A DNA stretch of 63,416 nt, the filler included, from an uncultured Gemmatimonadota bacterium (GTDB lineage Bacteria; Blakebacterota; Blakebacteria; Blakebacterales; Blakebacteraceae), in NCBI GenBank assembly GCA_964576115.1. It is 6 parts of 6 records of this genome, joined end to end, with 100 filler letters (N's around TTAATTAATTAA, not from the genome) between each part and the next. Parts side by side here need not be neighbours in the genome. Positions count along the whole stretch, not along the records: positions 23,788 to 34,840 come from CAZNUA010000082.1; positions 34,941 to 45,492 come from CAZNUA010000083.1; 4 more parts are not named here. The stretch is one strand, 5' to 3'. Positions 29,261-39,133 of the stretch are shown here, one piece after another. How positions within the stretch are numbered: position 1 is the stretch's first letter; every line of letters begins with the position of its first letter. The position numbers and the translations under genes are program-made. A model generated the notes under the pieces. It did no database searches, was not told the origin of the DNA, and worked only from the letters and a program-made list of their open reading frames with translations.

Positions 29261-29485
29261 ATGTCGCGGCTTCCTGTATTGAGTCCCCGTGAGGTAACGG
29301 CGATTTTATCTGCACTCGGATTTCAAGAGGTCAGGCAGAAGGGATCCCATAAGCAGTTTCGGCATATTGACGGTCGCCGTACTACCGTTCCATTTCATCC
29401 CGGACGTGACATTTCGCCCAGCCTCCTTCGCAAAATCTGTAAAGACATCGACGTCCTCCCCGACGACTTTATCCGTCACCGTTAA
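29261..29485 (+). CDS. hicA: HicA family mRNA interferase toxin
   Basis: L..LGF.EVRQKGSH..F.H.DGR.TTVP.H...DI...LLRKI. Confidence 0.92.
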   Translation: MSRLPVLSPREVTAILSALGFQEVRQKGSHKQFRHIDGRRTTVPFHPGRDISPSLLRKICKDIDVLPDDFIRHR

Positions 29486-29510
29486 GCGAACGCACACCGT
29501 TCGGCTACGA

Positions 29511-31187
29511 TCAGGCTCGGGGCAGATCCACGATCTCGTACGAATACCCCTGCTCGGTGAGAAAGAGCTTGCGCCGGTGGGCGAACACTTCTTCGCGGGT
29601 GTCGCGCGAAACCAGGGTGAAAAAGTGCGCCCCGCGGCCGTCTCGTTTCGGTCTCAGGATGCGGCCGAGGCGTTGCGCTTCTTCCTGGCGCGAGCCGAAG
29701 GTACCCGAGACCTGGATCATCACATCGGCATCGGGCAGATCGAGGGCGAAGTTGCCCACCTTCGAGAGCACGATGCAGCGCAGATCCCCCTGCCGGAACC
29801 GTTCGTAGATCGTCTCCCGCTCCCCCGGTGCGGTCTTTCCCGTCACGAGCGGCGCCGAGATCTGTTTCGCAATCATTGCGACCTGTGACAGATACCCGCC
29901 GATAACCAGAATACGCCCCTCGGCGTGCCGGTCGAGCAGGTCTTGCAGAACCTCCAGCTTGGCCGGATTCTCGGCCGCAATCCGGAACCGGGCCCGGCGC
30001 TGGGCCAGGGCGTACTCCATGCGGCGCTCCTCGCCCATCGGCACGCGTATCTCGACACAGGATGCGGCTGCGATCCAGGCCTGGCGTTCGAGATCCTTCC
30101 AGGGCACATCGAAGCGCTTGGGACCGATCAGCGCGAACACATCGCCTTCGCGGCCGTCTTCGCGCACGAGCGTCGCAGTGAGGCCCAGTCGCCGCCGGGC
30201 CTGCAGTTCGGCCGTCACCCTGAAGACCGGCGCCGGCAGCAGGTGCACTTCATCGTAGATGATGAGGCCCCACGAGCGGGCCCGGAACAGCTCCAGATGC
30301 GGGAAGTCGTCCCGGCGATCGGCCCGCCAGGTCATGACCTGATAGGTGGTCAGGGTGACCGGGCCGGTGTCTTTGCGCTCGCCGGTGTACTCGGCGATAT
30401 CGTCCGGCCCCAGGGTGGTCTTGTCGAGCAGTTCGCGGCGCCACTGCTTGACCGCCGTCAGGCTGGTGGCCAGCACCAGGGTCGTCTGCCCCACCATCTC
30501 CATCGCCGCCAGCCCGACGATGGTCTTGCCCGCCCCGCACGGCAGAATAATGACCCCGCTGCCGCCGCGCGTCGAGCCGGCCAGGTAAAAAGCCTCGGCG
30601 GCCTGGCGCTGGTAGTCGCGAACCGCGAACGTGCGACCCGAAACGGTGTGCTCGCGCAGCGAGAAGTCCAGGGGTTCGCCGGCCACGTAGCCGGCCAGAT
30701 CTTCGGCCGGGTAGCCGGCTACGACCAGGGCCTGTTTGAGCGCCCCGCGCTCAGCCGGTGAAACTCTGAAAGTCCGCTCATCGATGCGGTCGGTCAGCCG
30801 GGGTCCGGCGTGACGGTCGCGGAACAGAAGCTCGGCGGTGGCAGGGTCACGGCAGGTACAGCGCAACTCGTCGCCGTCGCGTTCCAGAACCACGCGCCCG
30901 TAGCGGGCGGCCAGTTCCACGATTTCCCGCTCCACGTTCTCCGGTATGTCATAGCGCGCGTTTGCGCGCAGGGCCGCCACCATCTCTTCGGCACTCATGC
31001 CGGCCGCCCGCGCGTTCCAGATCGACAGCGGCGTGAGGCGGTAGGTATGGACGTGCTCGGGACTCTTGACGAGTTCGGCAAAGGGCGCCAGGGCGGCCCG
31101 CGCCGGCCCGGCCCGCGGTGCGTGCACGTCCAGGAGCACACTCCCGTCACTCTGGACCACGAGCGCGTTGTCAGTCACGGAACTCAT
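29511..31187 (-). CDS. XPB/Ssl2-like SF2 DNA helicase
   Basis: LVVQSDGSVLL, FAELVKSPEHVHTYRLTPLSIWNA, LPCGAGKT, DEVH, GLTAT, QEEAQRLGRILR. Confidence 0.93.
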   Translation of the reverse strand: MSSVTDNALVVQSDGSVLLDVHAPRAGPARAALAPFAELVKSPEHVHTYRLTPLSIWNARAAGMSAEEMVAALRANARYDIPENVEREIVELAARYGRVVLERDGDELRCTCRDPATAELLFRDRHAGPRLTDRIDERTFRVSPAERGALKQALVVAGYPAEDLAGYVAGEPLDFSLREHTVSGRTFAVRDYQRQAAEAFYLAGSTRGGSGVIILPCGAGKTIVGLAAMEMVGQTTLVLATSLTAVKQWRRELLDKTTLGPDDIAEYTGERKDTGPVTLTTYQVMTWRADRRDDFPHLELFRARSWGLIIYDEVHLLPAPVFRVTAELQARRRLGLTATLVREDGREGDVFALIGPKRFDVPWKDLERQAWIAAASCVEIRVPMGEERRMEYALAQRRARFRIAAENPAKLEVLQDLLDRHAEGRILVIGGYLSQVAMIAKQISAPLVTGKTAPGERETIYERFRQGDLRCIVLSKVGNFALDLPDADVMIQVSGTFGSRQEEAQRLGRILRPKRDGRGAHFFTLVSRDTREEVFAHRRKLFLTEQGYSYEIVDLPRA

Positions 31188-31191
31188 CAGG

Positions 31192-33066
31192 TCAGGAGTC
31201 GGGCGTTGTTTTCGCAACGACGTCGTCGGGAGCGACCAGATAACCCAGCTTGCGCAGCCCGCGCGTAAAGGCCGCTTCTGATGAAGCCGGCACGACGAGG
31301 TGGTTCTCGCCGGCCGGCAGGCAGTGCCGGCTCATTTTCGCATCGTTGGCAATCAGCGCCGCCAGGGCCGGATCGGCGCATTCGATGAGCCGGGCGAGAC
31401 CCCGATCGCGCAGACGTCCGGCCCGCTCCCGGCAATCGTCCAGCAGACGCTCGACCGTATCGGGCAGCGGTGCGCTGCTGCGGGCCGTCAGGTAGTCGCG
31501 GATCTCATCCACCGAGCGCCCCTGCTCTACGGCCGCGAGTAACTTCTCGGGCCCCAGCTGCCAGACCAGATCCGAGACGGGTTCGGCATACGTATCCAGG
31601 GCCAGCCGGTCGCTCGGTTCGAGGTCGGCTCCGATTGCGGCCACTTCGAGGTTCGGCAGCACCTGAAGCACGCCTTTCGCCTCGATGGGAGCGGGTGTAT
31701 AGGCATCGTTCAAATCCAGGGCGTACGCTCCCAGTGCATTGATGCGGAAATACAGGAGCCCGTCGTACCGGCTGAGATAGGGCAGGTCGTCGGTTCCCCA
31801 CAGGTCGTGGTAGTCCCGGCGCGCATCGGCCGGCGGAATATAGGCGACATCCAGCAGTCCCAGGGTGGCGGCGTATTCAAAGAGCAGGCAGAGCGCATAA
31901 CGCTGCTCGAGAAATCCCTCGCACCCGCTGTAACCGAGCGAGCCGTAATGGGATTCGCCGATGTAGAGATTCCAGGCATTGTGGGCCACTGCAAAGGCGT
32001 TGCCGGTGGCACTGATAAAACGGAAAAAGGTATCGAATTCGATCCACCGACCCGGCGGGCATGCCATGAGGGTATCGATGATCGAGACGCGACGCCCCGC
32101 GATCGCGGTCAGGGTGCGCTTCCCCCTGCCACCCTGCCCCTTGACACAGTCGATCCGCGAGAGTTCGTCAAATCTGGTCGTGCCCTCCCACTTATTCCAC
32201 AGCCGGCGGAGCGTCTCATGGGCCGGCGCCGAGAGTGCTTTGCGTCCCGACCGGGTGAGTTCAAGCCGCGAGCCCGAAAGCTGAGCCAATCCGCCGGCCT
32301 GAATCAGCAGGGGCCAGGCGTAGGCCCGGATCGGACCCGCGTTGGGATCGACCCACTTACTTTCAGGTGGCTCATAGGCATAGTAGTCGCCTCCCTCGAG
32401 CACCGTGGTGAGGGTTTTGACAGTCGCCGCCGCGGGTCGGCGTGTCCGGGTGCTCACCGCGATCTTGCGTGCATCTGCCAGCCGCAGGACCGAGAGCAGT
32501 TCGCGCTGGGCCGGGCGCTCCATGTCACGCACGGTCAGCGCGACCGGCTCGGTCACCCACTCCCGCCTGCCGGTCTCCGGATCCCAGTATCTCTGCGGCA
32601 GGTCGTATTCGGCGGGCAGAACCTCGAGGGTTTCTATCGTCGCCTCGACGGGCTCGGGCACGAAGGCCGTGCATCTTTCCTTCACGTCGTCGGGCATGAT
32701 GCCGCCGTAAAAGAAGAAGTTCAGCGCCGTGGGTTTGATGTCACGCCGGTACGGATCCATCGATCCCCAATCGGGATCCTCGCCGTACTTGGCATGGAAA
32801 CGATCGGCATCAAAGCGCGTCTGTGACGAGTGCACCACCTCGGCTACGGCCGCTTTCTGCAGCTCATCGAGTCCCTGCCAGATGGTCTGCAGGCGGTCTC
32901 CCGCAAGCCGCCGGATGATGTACTCGATCAGCTCGAGCTTGCGGGTCGGTATCTTGACGCCGTCCAGCGGCACGAGTCTGGCAAGCTTCTTCAAACCCTC
33001 GACCCTGATATTGTACAGGGCCTCGTTGATCGTCGGGGTTTTTTCAAGCGGGCGGTATCGACTCAT
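31192..33066 (-). CDS. XPB-associated protein with winged-helix regions and C-terminal helicase-associated (Helicase_C_3-like) domain
   Basis: 624-aa ORF ending 4 bp upstream of the XPB start; C-terminus LQVLPNLEV...AVEQG.S..EI..YL...S..PLP..V..LL resembles the XPB N-terminal domain. Confidence 0.75.
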   Translation of the reverse strand: MSRYRPLEKTPTINEALYNIRVEGLKKLARLVPLDGVKIPTRKLELIEYIIRRLAGDRLQTIWQGLDELQKAAVAEVVHSSQTRFDADRFHAKYGEDPDWGSMDPYRRDIKPTALNFFFYGGIMPDDVKERCTAFVPEPVEATIETLEVLPAEYDLPQRYWDPETGRREWVTEPVALTVRDMERPAQRELLSVLRLADARKIAVSTRTRRPAAATVKTLTTVLEGGDYYAYEPPESKWVDPNAGPIRAYAWPLLIQAGGLAQLSGSRLELTRSGRKALSAPAHETLRRLWNKWEGTTRFDELSRIDCVKGQGGRGKRTLTAIAGRRVSIIDTLMACPPGRWIEFDTFFRFISATGNAFAVAHNAWNLYIGESHYGSLGYSGCEGFLEQRYALCLLFEYAATLGLLDVAYIPPADARRDYHDLWGTDDLPYLSRYDGLLYFRINALGAYALDLNDAYTPAPIEAKGVLQVLPNLEVAAIGADLEPSDRLALDTYAEPVSDLVWQLGPEKLLAAVEQGRSVDEIRDYLTARSSAPLPDTVERLLDDCRERAGRLRDRGLARLIECADPALAALIANDAKMSRHCLPAGENHLVVPASSEAAFTRGLRKLGYLVAPDDVVAKTTPDS

Positions 33067-33341
33067 ATCTCCTCCGGGTGCTGCCGAAAGAGTAGCGCGA
33101 TGCCGGTGATTCGCAATGGAATTTCCCTGATCATCTCGATATCGTTTTCAGGTTGAGACGAAAATGGATTCACGTGTATCGAGAACATCACTCACTGCGA
33201 CATATCGATGCTACCGCAGGCTAGGTGCTGGCCCGGCTCGGCGTCGAATAATGTAAAAGTATAGCAAGTTTAACCCATGTTATCGCTTTTTCATAAGACC
33301 GAGCCGGTCGTTATTTCAGGAGAACGAGACAGAGTACTCTG

Positions 33342-34295
33342 TCAGACACCCCGGGCTTCGCCGCGGTGGGCTTCGAACCACTCCACGGTGCGGCGGATCC
33401 CCTCTTCAAAGGGCATCTCGGCCTCGAATCCGAAGCGCTCTCTGGCCCGGCTGGTATCCAGGCGCCGCCGGGGCTGTCCGTCGGGGCGGCTCCGATCCCA
33501 GACGATCTCGCCCTCATACCCGACCGCGGTGCGGATCACCTCCACCAGATCGCAGATCTTGATCTCGTTGCCCGTGCCCAGGTTGGTGGGTTCGCCGCCA
33601 TCGTAGTTTTCCAGGGCCAGCGCGATCGCCCGGGCGCAGTCGCCCACATAGAGAAACTCGCGCGAGACATGCCCCGAACCCCACACCTCGACCGGTTCGG
33701 TGCCGGCGTCGCGGGCTTCGACGAACTTGCGCACCAGAGCCGGGATCACATGGCTCGATTCATAGTCGAAATTGTCGCCCGGGCCGTAGAGATTGGCGGG
33801 GATCAGATAGACGGCGTTCAGATCGTACTGGGCGCGGTAGCCCTGCAGCATGACCAGCAGGGCCCGCTTGGCCACCCCGTAGGGAGCATTGGTCTCTTCG
33901 GGATAACCGTTGAAGAAATCATCTTCTGTAAAGGGCGTCGGGGTGTGCTTGGGATAACCGCAGGTCGTGCCCAGAAAGATCATCTTGCCCAGGCCGTATT
34001 CGCGGGCGCCCTCGATGATGTGCAGCCCCATGGCCATGTTGGTGAAAAAGAACCGTCCCGGGTTCCGGCGGTTGGCCTCGATCCCGCCCACCGCGGCCGC
34101 CAGGTGGATCACCGCTTCGGGCTCGCACTCCTGATACATCGCCCGGGCCTGATCCATTACGGTGAGGTCGTAGTCATCGATATCGACCGCGGTGACTTCG
34201 GCCCCGCGTTCGGCCAGGAGCGGGATCAGGTGCGAGGCCAGAAAACCCGCCCCGCCGGTCACGAGGATCTTCTTCCCGCTCAGATCGAAGGTCAT
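33342..34295 (-). CDS. fcl: GDP-L-fucose synthase
   Basis: LVTGGAGFL, HLAA.VGGI.AN, YGVAK, NLYGPGDNF...SHVIPAL, WG.G..SREFLYV.D, PDGQPRR.LD. Confidence 0.95.
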   Translation of the reverse strand: MTFDLSGKKILVTGGAGFLASHLIPLLAERGAEVTAVDIDDYDLTVMDQARAMYQECEPEAVIHLAAAVGGIEANRRNPGRFFFTNMAMGLHIIEGAREYGLGKMIFLGTTCGYPKHTPTPFTEDDFFNGYPEETNAPYGVAKRALLVMLQGYRAQYDLNAVYLIPANLYGPGDNFDYESSHVIPALVRKFVEARDAGTEPVEVWGSGHVSREFLYVGDCARAIALALENYDGGEPTNLGTGNEIKICDLVEVIRTAVGYEGEIVWDRSRPDGQPRRRLDTSRARERFGFEAEMPFEEGIRRTVEWFEAHRGEARGV

Positions 34296-34406
34296 GGTTC
34301 AGTCCCTCTTCCTCTCGCTGTCCATTGGTGGCTGCCTCCAAGGTCCCGATTTGGGAGGATATCGTGCCAGTCTTGTATCAATCTCTTGTCATTGCTCCAG
34401 TGTGTG

Positions 34407-34840
34407 TCATTCATGCATGCGGCGTTCGGAAACGTCATGGCCGGCCTCGCGCAGGGTTTTTTCCTGCCGGGCGAGTTCGGAGTCCGCTTCGATCATCATG
34501 TCGACCAGTCCCTCGAGATCAACCGTCGGCTCCCATCCAAGCACCCGTCGCGCTTTTGTGGCATCACCAAGCAAGCGCTCGACTTCGGCCGGACGGTAGT
34601 AACGTGGATCGATCTCAACAAAGTCTTCCCAGTCCAGATCAACACATGCGAAAGCCAGTTCCACGAACTCGCGGACCGAGGTTTCCCGGCCCGTGGCGAT
34701 GACGAAATCGTCGGGTTCGTCATGCTGCAGCATGAGCCACATGGCCTCGACGAAATCGCCGGCATAGCCCCAGTCGCGCCGGGCTTCGAGGTTGCCCAGG
34801 TAGAGTTTGTTCTGCAAGCCCTCCTTTATCCGCGTGGCGG
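34407..34840 (-). CDS. gmd: GDP-mannose 4,6-dehydratase, C-terminal part (5' cut by contig end)
   Basis: LYLGNL.A.RDWGYA.D.V.AMWLMLQ...[23 protein letters not shown]; upstream of fcl. Confidence 0.95.
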
Positions 34841-34940
34841 NNNNNNNNNNNNNNNNNNNNNNNNNNNNNNNNNNNNNNNNNNNNTTAATTAATTAANNNN
34901 NNNNNNNNNNNNNNNNNNNNNNNNNNNNNNNNNNNNNNNN
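34841..34940. other. Artificial contig linker
   Basis: N-run, TTAATTAATTAA, N-run. Confidence 0.98.
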
Positions 34941-36138
34941 CGTCCCGGGTCCAGTCGAGGCCGCCGTCGTTGCCGATGATGATGTGCCGGGAGTCGTTCG
35001 GATCCCACCAGAGGGCGTGATGGTCGACATGCACACCGTCCACGAAGCGTGTGTCCCAGGTGATCCCGCCGTCGCGGCTGACGTACATGCTGGTATCGAG
35101 CACCCAGACGTGCAGATCGTTGTTCGGGTCGATCCGGATCTGGCTGTAGTACATCGGCCGGGGATTGGTGGTGCTCTGGTGCGACCAGGTCTCGCCCCGG
35201 TCATCGGAGCGGTAGACGCCGCCCATCGTGGTCGGCTCCTCGATCCGCTCCCCGCCGATGATCTGACCCGCTTTCTCGGTCCGGTTCTCGATGATGGCGT
35301 AGACCACCCGGGTGTCGGCGTGATAGATGTCGAGTCCGATCCGCCCGATGTCCCCTTCGGGCAGATCGCGGTCGAGCTTGCGCCAGGTCCGTCCCGAGTC
35401 GGTACTCTTGTAGATACCTCCGTGCGGTCCGCCGCCGTTGAAACCGAAACCGGTCCGGCGGCGCTGATAGGCGGCGGCGTAGAGGATGTGGGGGTTGACG
35501 TGATCCAGGGCCAGATCGATGACCCCCGTATCATCGTTGATGTAGAGAGTTTTCTGCCACGTCTGCCCGCCGTCGGTGGTCAGGTAGACCCCCCGTTCCT
35601 CGTTGGGCCCCCACAGGTGACCGAGGGCGGCCACCCAGACCGTCATGGGGTCGGTCGGATGGATCCGGATGCGGCCGATATGGTGGGTTTCTTCCAGGCC
35701 CATGTGCCGCCAGGTCAGACCGCCGTCCATCGAACGGTAGACGCCGTTGCCCCAGGAGGAGGACTGACGGTTGTTCGGCTCTCCCGTGCCCACCCAGACG
35801 ATCGAGGGGTTGGAAGGCGCCACGGCGATGTCCCCGATCGAGGTGGAGATCTGCTCGTCGAAGACCGGTTCGAAGGTCGTCCCGCCGTTAATGCTCTTGA
35901 ACACCCCGCCCGCGGCATGACCGAAGTAGATCGTGTTCGGTTCCCGCAGGGGCACTTCGATATCGTCGATCCGACCGCCCAGATTCGCCGGCCCGATATT
36001 TCGAACCGCCAGAGCACCGAGCAGCTCGGGATCGATCCCGCCGCTCTGGGCAACAGCCGAAGGGATGAACATGATAAGGGAGAATACCGCGGCGGCCGGC
36101 AGGCCGACGGCAGCGCGGAAAGCCCGGTAACGGGACAT
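34941..36138 (-). CDS. VPS10/BNR-repeat beta-propeller (glycosyl hydrolase-like) secreted protein, 3' truncated
   Basis: Signal peptide; RNIGPA..GGRI; repeated Asp-box S.DGG.TW motifs. Confidence 0.88.
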
Positions 36139-36177
36139 GGGAACCTCCTCTGGACGGAGTGGGATACTCTGATGAGT

Positions 36178-37122
36178 CTACTCCTGGTCCCGGTCCGCCC
36201 ACCAGGGGAAAGCCGGCCTCGGGAGGAGAGCGGGAGCCCGTCTGAGCAGAAAGAGGAAGACTGCACCGGTGGCGGCGGTGACGGCCATGCCGATGACCCC
36301 CTCTCCATTCATGAGCCAGAGGTCGCCGGTGAACAGACCCGGCGTACCGTCTGAGATCCGACCGGTCAGGAGCTCCCGGAAGAGATTCCAGTACAGGTGC
36401 AGGACAGTGGGAGCCCAGATCGATCCGCTCCGCAGGTAGATCCAGCCGTACAGGGCTGCGGTCCCCAGGAGGGAAGCCAGGGACAGGATAACGGTCAGGA
36501 TCACCTGCCCGCTGTCGAGGGACGCCAGCACCGGGCTGAGAGCGAACAGGGGAAGGTGCCACGCCCACCATACGGCCCCGGAGATCAGGGCACCCTTCAC
36601 CTGACCGGCGGGCGACGATACCCCCCTGAAGAGATACCCCCGCCAGGCGAACTCTTCACTGAAGTGTGTGATCCAGCCGAGGATGAGCGCCGGCGGGGTA
36701 AGGAGCACCCAGGGGATCACCAGAGCGGGGACACAGAGCACCAGGTTCAGCCACAGGTGGGGGGTGGGTCGGGATACAATCAGGTGTTCCGGGTTATACG
36801 TGAGGAGTCCCAGAGATGAACCGATGGCGACGATCAGGACCAGCTGCAGAAGGGGCAGGAGGACCGCCAAACCCAGATATCTCAGCTTCGGCAACCCCAG
36901 ACCGACGGCGGAGAACCTCTCCCGGGCCACCGCCATGAAGATCACCGCCAGAATCAGGGGCAGGGCCATCACGACCGTCATCGGGTTCCGGCTGTGAAAG
37001 ACTCCCCGGGCAACCAGCGTGAAGCCCCACGACAGGGCCAGCACCAGCACACAGAACAGGCGGATGCGTTTGTTAACGCCACCCGTACCGGAGATATCTC
37101 CCGTCATCCCTCTTCGGCTCAT
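36178..37122 (-). CDS. CPBP (CAAX/Abi) intramembrane glutamic endopeptidase
   Basis: EEFAWRGYL, W.AWH.P, SGSIW....LH..WN motifs; multi-TM. Confidence 0.9.
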   Translation of the reverse strand: MSRRGMTGDISGTGGVNKRIRLFCVLVLALSWGFTLVARGVFHSRNPMTVVMALPLILAVIFMAVARERFSAVGLGLPKLRYLGLAVLLPLLQLVLIVAIGSSLGLLTYNPEHLIVSRPTPHLWLNLVLCVPALVIPWVLLTPPALILGWITHFSEEFAWRGYLFRGVSSPAGQVKGALISGAVWWAWHLPLFALSPVLASLDSGQVILTVILSLASLLGTAALYGWIYLRSGSIWAPTVLHLYWNLFRELLTGRISDGTPGLFTGDLWLMNGEGVIGMAVTAATGAVFLFLLRRAPALLPRPAFPWWADRDQE

Positions 37123-37149
37123 GTCCAGATAAACCTATAGTAGATCGAT

Positions 37150-37716
37150 TCAGGTGGTCTTCATCCGCGCCCGGAACCGGCGGCGGGCTTTGCGGGCCCA
37201 CTGGAGGAAGGACCGGTAGCTTTCCACCCCGCTCTCGACCGCCAGCTGGCCGTGCAGCGGCAGATCCGAGGTCCCCCTCCTGACGAACTCGTCCAGCTCA
37301 TCGACATAGGGAGCGAGTTCCCCGATCACTCCGTCCAGGAACCTCACCGTCGCCTCGTCATCGAGCAGGTGCCCCATGAAGGCAAAGCGGAGGGTGAGTT
37401 CCTTGGTGTTGTTGACGACATCCTCCCGGGTCACGTCGGCTTCCAGCCAGCGGCGCAGCATCCGGGTACCGTCGGGGGTGATGCTGTAGACTTTGCGCGG
37501 CCGCAGGGTGTCGGTCTGTTCGGTCACACCGGAAATCAACCTGTTCTCCTCCAGCCGTTTCAGGGCCGGGTAGATTGAACCCGGGCTGCTGCTGAAATGC
37601 TGCAGGTGGGATTCGGCGAACAGCTTGCGCAGGTCGTACCCCGACATCGGTTGCTGATGTACCAGGGCCAGCAGGGCATGACCCAGCAGGGAAACGGACG
37701 TGGTCTCGGAAGCCAT
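37150..37716 (-). CDS. PadR family regulator (long, AphA/PadR_C type)
   Basis: ALLAL....PMSGYDL...F......S.GSIYPALKRLE, RKVYSIT..G; helical C-terminal domain. Confidence 0.92.
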   Translation of the reverse strand: MASETTSVSLLGHALLALVHQQPMSGYDLRKLFAESHLQHFSSSPGSIYPALKRLEENRLISGVTEQTDTLRPRKVYSITPDGTRMLRRWLEADVTREDVVNNTKELTLRFAFMGHLLDDEATVRFLDGVIGELAPYVDELDEFVRRGTSDLPLHGQLAVESGVESYRSFLQWARKARRRFRARMKTT

Positions 37717-37725
37717 GGATGAATA

Positions 37726-38754
37726 TTAGGCCGCGACTGAGACGTTCTCACCCGCGAGGTTCTCCTCTCGGGTTTCGCGGCCTTGCCCCAGCTGGCTGAA
37801 ACGACGCTCCAGCACCCAGCCGGCCAGGACTCCGAAGAGGAGCATCGATGTGATCAGCTCGACGAAATGGATCAGCCGGACCGGAGTCGGCAGAAAGGCA
37901 TTGGGAATAAGACAGGGCGCAGCGATCAGGATACCGAACACCAGGCCGGTGAGAGCGGCTTTCGTGCCGGTGCTCCCGCGGATCATTCGGACCGTCAGCA
38001 GGGCCAGGCCCACCCAGAGGCAGCCGCGCAGAAGCTGGAACGGTCCCAGCCAAGGATTGCCGGCAATGAACTGGTTCCGGAGGTGGGTGAAGAAAGGTTG
38101 CAGGTCGGTTGTGCCGGTGTAGAACTCCCGGACCGCAGGTGACTGCCAGGCCACGAAGTACCCGAACAGGATGTAGATGAGGAGATAGACCGCCGCCAGT
38201 CCCAGACCGGGTACGATCCCGTCTCCGGCCCGCAGAGCGGGCCCGATCTCAGCCGAGTCCACCTGATGATCGCGGTCCCGATCAGAGCCGAGATCGTTTC
38301 CCTTATCATGTCTGTCACTCTGATTTTCCGGGGAACGAACGTTCCGGGTCACAAGAACCGCCAGAGGTGCGATCAGGAGCGCCCGTACAGCCCCGGCCAG
38401 TACGACTCGCACGAGGGTGTCCGAGGGCATGTTGAGCACCAGGTTGAAGAAGAGCGTCTCGAGCTGGGAGAGGAGGGTTTCGACCCCGAAGAGCAACACA
38501 AAGACGGCCGCCATGAGCTTCAACCCGTACCACCGGGTGTGCTGGAGCAGGGTGACGAGAACCAGGGCGCCGAGCAGGCAGACCCCGAGCAACGATAGCG
38601 CCATCGCCGCCGCTTCACCCGGGGCTCCCTCCCCCGACCCTCCCCCACCCAATCCCACCAGGGTGCTGGCCAGGGCATAGCTCAGGAACAGCCCCAGGGT
38701 CAGAACGATCACCCGGGACGAGAACCGGAAAACGTGAGTCAACGAAGTCGTCAT
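37726..38754 (-). CDS. Hypothetical multi-pass membrane protein
   Basis: About 8 hydrophobic segments in two halves with a polar linker; ATG after GAGGAGG; co-oriented with padR. Confidence 0.75.
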   Translation of the reverse strand: MTTSLTHVFRFSSRVIVLTLGLFLSYALASTLVGLGGGGSGEGAPGEAAAMALSLLGVCLLGALVLVTLLQHTRWYGLKLMAAVFVLLFGVETLLSQLETLFFNLVLNMPSDTLVRVVLAGAVRALLIAPLAVLVTRNVRSPENQSDRHDKGNDLGSDRDRDHQVDSAEIGPALRAGDGIVPGLGLAAVYLLIYILFGYFVAWQSPAVREFYTGTTDLQPFFTHLRNQFIAGNPWLGPFQLLRGCLWVGLALLTVRMIRGSTGTKAALTGLVFGILIAAPCLIPNAFLPTPVRLIHFVELITSMLLFGVLAGWVLERRFSQLGQGRETREENLAGENVSVAA

Positions 38755-38860
38755 GACAGTCCTCCTCAGGTCTGGATACCACCGCAGTGCGATCTCACGT
38801 CTCGTCGTCACTACAGTTCTATCTCATGCCTGGATATCACCGTTGTGTAATTGTACAGAA

Positions 38861-38895
38861 TAATAGTTCGTTACGTAATAGTACGCAACGTATTA
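38861..38895. promoter_or_regulatory. Putative PadR operator: tandem palindromes at 15-bp period
   Basis: TAGTTCG-TTA-CGTAATA (38864) and TAGTACG-CAA-CGTATTA (38879), upstream of the membrane protein-padR-CPBP operon. Confidence 0.6.
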
Positions 38896-38990
38896 TATTT
38901 TTTTAAACCGTTGGCCTCATTTCTGATTCGTTGACCCTTCAGTTCGCCGGAAACCTGCTGCGAATCGGGGGGAACTTTCTCGGGCGACAT

Positions 38991-39024
38991 TACGTATGAG
39001 TCATAGGTATAGTTATCATATGTA
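38991..39024. promoter_or_regulatory. Putative PadR operator
   Basis: TACGTATG-AGT-CATAGGTA with a second half-site CATATGTA 15 bp later, upstream of padR at 39134. Confidence 0.55.
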
Positions 39025-39133
39025 TGGAGAACACAGCTGCAGCAGGAATGGCTGCTGCTGCAATCCGGCAGCCGGGCAGCGGGAACCACCGGTTGCTGAG
39101 AGAAATCGCGAAGGGAAAGGGAGTAGAAAACGA

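Noticed and set aside
33233-33307. 9-bp inverted repeat CCGGCTCGG/CCGAGCCGG flanking an AT-rich 57-nt segment
   Set aside because: Single occurrence, short GC-rich arms and no target duplication; insufficient to call a MITE or terminator.
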